Source of the DNA: Perna viridis
Taxonomy: Eukaryota
Assembly: GCA_037379345.1 (NCBI GenBank)
Contig: CM074516.1
Span: 1,612,001 to 1,676,000, forward strand
Length of the DNA stretch: 64,000 bases
Direction: 5' to 3'
Position 1 is the first letter of the stretch; every line of letters starts with the position of its first letter. The translations under genes were made by a program, and so were the position numbers. The notes under the pieces are model-generated. The model did not search any database. It was not told the DNA's origin and saw nothing but the letters and a program-made list of their open reading frames with translations. Of the stretch, positions 57,364 to 64,000 are shown in pieces.

Positions 57364-60300
57364 CTAATGATAAAGCAAAATTGCATGAAAGAACAAAAGT
57401 GAAACAACAATATTAAGATTTCAGCCTGACATAGGTCTGAAAATCATTAGTATGATTATTGATTACTGTGTAAAGTGTTTGTTCACTGAGGTATATCACG
57501 ATTGGTTACAGCATGCAAAAGTGGCAGAGACCCCTTTTTTCTTGTCTACAGATTTAATAATTAGATAAGATTCAGTATTATGGTATATTATACAGATATA
57601 CATGCAAATAAAAATTTGCAGTACATGATATCATTTTAGCCCTGATTTAATATATGGAATCCCTTTTCTTCATGGGTTTCAAACAAATGCATTATAGTGA
57701 AAGGAGGTTCCAACATAGAAACAGAATCATAAAAATAACATCAATTTTCTTCTTAGTCCACCAACATAGTACCATAATATAGCACCAACATAGTACCATA
57801 ATGAAACGACTTTTTGAGTAAGATATTCTAAATCAACTGGAGCTCTGAATAAGACTGGACACGCTATGAATTCCTAGTTTTGTGGATATAAAGGAAATGT
57901 TGTGGGTCGAAGCAAAAAAGTTTTATTGGATCTATACAATTAATGCAATTGCAATCTTTCACTGTGATTTCTTATTAATAAGAAACAAACAATTCCATGT
58001 GTTATATGTACTTCTTTTCAAATGTTTAGGCACACTTATAATTTAGCTAAACCACTCATCCAATCCTCTCTTTTTATATGCCTTAATGTTTTATTGACTA
58101 AGATTTGTATAACCCCCATTAAAATCATCTCTCAAATCTACTAGTCCCAGTACTATATGTCGAAAATTTGAAAGTTTATACACATTGACTATTACAATCT
58201 GGAATTAAAATGTATCATACTCAAATTTGGCCAGAGTCTTATAAATGTCACTTGAATATCCAAATAAGAACAAAAATACAGAATTCTATTGATGATTTCT
58301 TGCAAACTTAACAAAGCAAACCCAGCAGAATGAATAGTACACAACATATCTTTAGCAAAACTCAACAACACAAGAGTGTAATTTTGACTACACATACTAG
58401 TTATTGACTGGCCACAATATGTGATAGATAATACACAGAGCACGAGAAATTCCGCATTTATAAGATAGCTTGTACCGCCGATATTGACCTTTTTGTTTAA
58501 TAATTAAAAATACTTTTTATCAAAACTAAGAGTTAATTCATAAGGTACCTGGTTACAAAATCTATACATTTAAACCCACTGTGGTCGATAGACATGCAAG
58601 AGTTTCATACAATTGATGAAAATTGGCTTAAAAATTGGCACAAAAATACATTCTGCAAAACTACGTCAATATTTTCTGTATGGCAATATTTGATTCAAAA
58701 TTACAGCTTTATGTGTAAGCATTTATGCTTTCTCCGAAAGTCACTTTGATCATTAACAACCTTTTTTCATGTTTTCATAATCAAAATTGACTTTTGAACA
58801 GCCTGTACTTGTGGAGGAAAACAGGGCACCCTCACAAAAACACAAATTTTCACAAATTGTGACCATAATACGTTTGTATGACAATTCTAAGTTGAATGGT
58901 TTTCCTATAAAATTAAACCAAAAACAGCCGTATTATATTTCGGTGCATTAAACTTTGTAATTTTAAGACTTTTTAAACACTCCATTCACATGAGACCAAG
59001 TCTTGCTGAAAAACATGTAAGTCCATCAGCCATCATTTCTACAATTTTTCCCAAAACATAAATTCCTGATAGTATTCACATCTTCATGTGACTAAAATAA
59101 AATGCTGCAAGCTGCTTAGAAGATAGTTCAAACAGACAGACTGACTAAACTTCATTTGCCAGGGTTATAAAAACGCTGAGGTCAGATAAATGGAAGGAAC
59201 ACAACTAAGATCCTTTCCAAGATTGCTATCACTTAGTTTCAATTTTATACATTTATACTATATAACTAAGCTACATATGTACATGTACATGTAGATATGC
59301 AAATGTCATTTATAATCAAAGTTCTGTTTGTACTGGGATTTTTTTTATTCTTGTGAAAATTGTAGCATAGACAAAATTTAAAAGACTACATGATGTACAT
59401 GTAAAATAAAACTATAAACATACATATGCATTTCCCATACCATTTAGAACTGTTTTTCCTAATATGTATTAACTGATTGTCAATCAATACTACTGATTTC
59501 TGAAGTAATAACTGTAATGGATATTTAAACAGTATCCAAATTCACACACATTTACAAATTTTGTTCTGTTTCACCTTTTTCCTAACTTTTTAAACCCGTC
59601 TAAAAATTTTAAAATTGCAAATTGCAAACCCATTCATTATAATGACACTGAAACAGTATTGATTTCAGCTTAAGAAAATAATTTCCTTGATTAATATAAG
59701 ATTTTCACAATTAGACACTTTTTATCAATTTGAATTTCCAGCCAATCTTACTTGGTTAAAATCACTGCTTTTCACTTCCTGTTTATTAATAAAAAAATAT
59801 TGAAGATAGGGTGGAGATTTCGACTGATAATTGTATCACGTGGAACATACTTAGCACATATAATGCTTTTTGACACATTTCTGCAAAAACTTCATTCCTT
59901 TAATGCTAATTTATTACCAAGCATATAAAAAGGAGTCCCTAAAATCTTTGGTTCCTTTAAAAACTAGATCTTATTTTTTTAGCAGAAAAAATAAAATAAT
60001 ATTGAGCTGAATTATTGCTAAAAACATATATTTACAGGCTATAAAAGATGTATTGAATGATATAATGGAGTTTGTGGAAAATATTTTTGGGTAGTGTTCA
60101 GAAATAGTAGAGTAGTTCCAGGCATGAGCCGGCGACATACATATAAGGTATTTTTATTTTAAAAAACAAAAATAGGAGATATAGTAAAATTGCCAATGCG
60201 ACAGTCATCTACCAAATGCTAAGCAACGAACAATTAAACTTCTACAGGCCATCACACAGTCTTCATTGATGGGTTGATGGGCAAAACCCATACCATAAAA

Positions 60301-61065
60301 CAAGCTGTAAAAGGCCCCAAAATAAATGATATGAAATTATTCATAAAAGACAAAAATCTACCTTATTTTTAGAAAAAACACATAAAACAAATAATAATGA
60401 ACATAAAAAATAACAACCACTGGACTACAGGTGGACAGACATTAAAAGTTTATGGCGGGGTAAAACATGTCTGTGAGTGCTCAACCATCACTTAACATAG
60501 GACAGGTGGGAAAATATAACAATAAAAATGACTGTAAAAATCTGTTGATCTCTACAGAAAAAAGACACTTTAAGAAATAGGAAAAATACAATAAGCTGTA
60601 TCTATCTCAAAAGAGCACTCATTTTTACTGCTAATTCAAAGTCCAAAAGCGATTGACAAGCACACTTTGTTTTATCAATAAAGACATGTCCAACAGGATT
60701 TAGTGGAAATATATAACTTCTATTAAAGTAAGACAAGGTCTTCCTGCAAATGCCAAGATATAAAGCAATGATGTTCACATGGCACAATAATATAATTTAC
60801 TAACTACTGGAAAATACCCCAAAAACTACAACTATGCAATAATAAGTCTCCATCTTTCAGTTTCACCAATGAATATTGATGAAATACAAAAAAAAAAAAA
60901 GAAAAAAATGCAACATAACCACATGAACAACATACTGTTTATTTCGTTTATCTTTCTCAAATGATTAATCATGCTTGTATTATTTTTCAAATTTTCAAAA
61001 TATTGACTTTACAGTGTTCTGGATATATAAACTTGTCGGTAAATTAACACTTAGTTCTACTATAC

Positions 61066-61158
61066 CTTGTTCATCACTATTCATTCTGTCAACTACATTA
61101 AACCGTGTTGTATTATCTGTCGTCACTCGTTTTTCTTTTATTTGGAAGCAGAGATTAT
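61066..61158 (-). CDS. Candidate 93-nt exon, phase 1-1: (D)NLCFQIKEKRVTTDNTTRFNVVDRMNSDEQ
   Basis: ttgtttcattgtag|ATAATC...GAACAAG|gtatag; open in phase 1. Confidence 0.45.
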
Positions 61159-61729
61159 CTACAATGAAACAAACAATGGTATAAAAGGAACTAATCACAA
61201 AAACATAATTTTGTTCGCGGCACATGAACAGTAGTGGAGTTGGTACCATACCTATTGTACCTCTTTACATACACTATACACAATTTTTTCGTATAAATGT
61301 AAATACTACAAAATTCTACCAGCTGCAGTTGTTCAAGTTGTTTACCAATTCTGGCAAATTTTGAAGTTGTTTACCGATTCCGGTGAATGTTCAGAGTTTT
61401 TTTACCAATGCTTGCAAACGACTACTAATTGATTATTCATATGGATTCATGAGCAGTTTTATTTGCTCGGAGTATCATGTGTCTGAACGCATGATAGTTG
61501 GGTTCATTTAACAAGATAGGTGCGTTAACATAAGTACCAGTCCACATAAAATTCAGACACTGCCAATGGTAAAGTGATTCAGGGTGAAGAAAAACCTACC
61601 AAACAAAATGTGTTTTTCCAGTCTACATATGCTATAATTTCACATAATGATAATTATGCATTCAGATCTGCCCTCTTTAGAAAATCAGTCATTAATTTCC
61701 CAACTAAAATCAACCAAATGAAACCAAAT

Positions 61730-62775
61730 AAAGGACAATAACTCTTGCAAAGTGCCAACTTCATGTACAATCTATACAATTTCGGGAACCAACTCCTACA
61801 TCAGTTCACAAATCGTTTTGAAAATTTTAGCAAAGATACATCCCATGATGCTGAACAATATTACCCTTCAGACCCCTATGTTCTATATTTAGTAATGGTG
61901 GCCATGTTTTTCACAGATAAAAAATCCCAATAGTCATTTTGTGTAGGATACCCTAAGGAACAAATATGCCAACTCATATTGAATGGTTTTAGAGAAGATT
62001 TTCAAAGTTGTACATGCGAAAAACGCAAAAAAATTAAATTGTTTCAGGGGTCGCAACTCCTACATCAGTCGAAAAATCATTTGAAAAATTTCAACATAGG
62101 TCCGTCTCATGACGCTGACGTTGTCTTAATATTAAGTAATTGGCAAAATATTATCCCCTTTCAGAATTTTGCCAAAGACAACAGTGTTTGAGTTATTTGC
62201 AAAAAATGCCTTTTGATCCCTAAGTTCCATTTTTAGTAAAACTCAACCATATCTATTTACAGATTAAAAATCACAACAGTCATTTTTTGCCAAAGGTAAA
62301 AGTTTTTGAGTTATTTGCAAAAAACTTCCTTCAGACCCCTATGTTCTATTTCAAGTAAAAGCTACAATGTTCTTTCAAAGATCGAAAATCCCAATGGTCA
62401 TTTTAAGTAGGACACCCTAAGAAACAATTATGCAAACTTTCATTGAATTCTGTAGAATAATTTTGAGAAGAAGATGTTCAAAGTTGTAAATAAGAAAAAT
62501 GCAAGAAAGCTGTTTCAGGGACTGTTTCTCCTACATAAGTTGACAAATCGTTTTTAAAATTTCAGCATAGGCCTACCTCATAATCCTGAAAAATATTACC
62601 CCACCAGAAATTTGTTAAAGATAACGGTTTTTGAGTTCTTTGCAAAAAAAAACAGCTTCAGGTCCCTATGTTCTATTTTTAGTAGCGGCGGCCATCTTTT
62701 TTCAAGATACAAAAATCCCAACATTCATTTTGTGTAGAATACCCTTACTAACAAATATGCAGACTTTCACTGATA
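61730..62775. mobile_element. Degenerate Helentron/DINE-like repeat cores
   Basis: The gacccctatgttctat...ggccatg...gataccctaag core recurs at ~61870, 62334 and 62661. Confidence 0.55.
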
Positions 62776-62807
62776 CAAATATATCACTGATTTCAAGAGT
62801 TCCTTAC

Positions 62808-62840
62808 CATAGGTCCACCTCCTTAATACCAGACTTCCTT
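62808..62840 (-). CDS. Candidate 33-nt exon, phase 1-1: GSLVLRRWTY
   Basis: atttactttag|AAGGAAG...CCTATG|gtaagg. The splice sites are strong and it is open in phase 1, but I have no homology support. Confidence 0.35.
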
Positions 62841-63555
62841 CTAAAGTAAATCACCATATAATTAAATATCAAATAGATCCATTTTTTTCACTAAAGTTAT
62901 AACATGGACATCAATCAATGCATGTGTTTGGCTATGGGTCTGATAGTCTGGGGTAAAAATAATATCAAAGTCAAGTGATACTTATCTGAAGATCAACCAA
63001 ATTTTATGTATTTATTTTCCACACATATACTTAAGGTCAACCCAATTTGATCAAGTAGAATTCTCATCAACTTGACCGACAGGACATGAAATTACTAATG
63101 GTCTTTTGTGGCCCCTCATTCCCAACCTTCTTCATCATTTCTTTAGTGGTATGACGCCTTGTACAAGATAACAAAGAGATCTATTTAATTTAATTCAAGT
63201 GATTGTCTTGAGATCAGGAAGATGCTTATTTTTGGATCCTACAAACTTCAAATGACAAGTCCCCAAAATTAACCCAGCTGTCCTTGTTTGATTTAACACT
63301 GGGAGGCGCAATTTTACAGACCTTTCTTTTAATACATTTTAAACTCAAATACTGTCTATATGCTCAGTGTCTACAGACAAAGATAATAGGAACATAATAC
63401 CTTTATAAAATGTACAACTGGAATATTTGCGTTTGTATAAAAGGAAGTGTGACATTTTGCCCCATCAAAGTCTGAAAATGAAAGCAAAAACAAATGAAAA
63501 ATATTAAGAATTTTGATGAATCAAAGTTATTTATTTAAAAGAAATGTATACTAAC

Positions 63556-63580
63556 CTACTTTGATTTCCAATTGACGAAT
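63556..63580 (-). CDS. Candidate microexon (25 nt with gttagt donor, or 21 nt with gtaggt donor)
   Basis: Strong acceptor tttattttttattttcag|ATTCGTC. Either donor can give a phase-1 end; it may be 5' UTR rather than coding. Confidence 0.35.
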
Positions 63581-64000
63581 CTGAAAATAAAAAATAAAAA
63601 ATCAATTAATATGTGATTACAAATATACAATTTCTGTTATCATTTTTGTTAGTGAGCAAAATTGTGAAGTATTTACTAAACATACATAATACAACTTAAT
63701 TGTTTTGATCAATCTTATTAGTCTTTAAGCAAAATTTCTTCATTGATGTATAGATTTATTAATTTTTGTAGTTGCTAACTTTTACAGATTCTGTCAAGTG
63801 AACATTTTTAATTTGGCTGGTGTTAATTATTTTGAGATATGATAATAAGATAAGAGTTTCAAAGTATTAAACATCAATTTCACAAGTACAATAATTTTGT
63901 GCCAGAATACTTTATCGTTTATCGTAAAAATCCGAAAATGAAAACACTGAGAAAATTAATACTTTTGCAATAATCTTCTAACAGTTCATTCATAAATGTA

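Noticed and set aside
59752-59778. 27-nt candidate exon with a gtaaga donor
   Set aside because: The acceptor is weak and there is a stop in phase 1, so it does not fit the exon chain.

Overview
AT-rich eukaryotic DNA whose repeat and gene content resembles a bivalve mollusc (Mytilus-like; this is an inference). Nearly the whole window is one spliced minus-strand gene, which I reconstructed exon by exon from GT-AG sites and matching phases. It encodes a GSI-motif alpha/beta domain, 12-aa microexon(s), a HEPN-like domain, a coiled coil, an nSTAND3-type P-loop NTPase and ankyrin repeats, i.e. an NLR/STAND-like immune receptor. The arginine expected in the HEPN Rx4H motif is replaced by Trp. The region between the GSI-domain and HEPN exons (24.2-54.5 kb) holds nested mobile elements: a Helentron-like non-autonomous repeat contains a full-length decayed L1/Tx1 LINE with an 8-bp TSD, which in turn contains a 5'-truncated hAT-like transposon. 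A ~6.08-kb segment spanning a 36-nt symmetric microexon and the LINE 5' half is present in 3 full tandem copies plus a mostly deleted 4th, so the microexon is triplicated in frame. The middle copy is a recombinant of the outer two. Other introns hold 26-, 34-, 42-, 59- and ~95-bp tandem repeats and a MITE, and three tRNA-derived SINEs lie at the left end. There is no CRISPR array, rRNA or prokaryotic feature.
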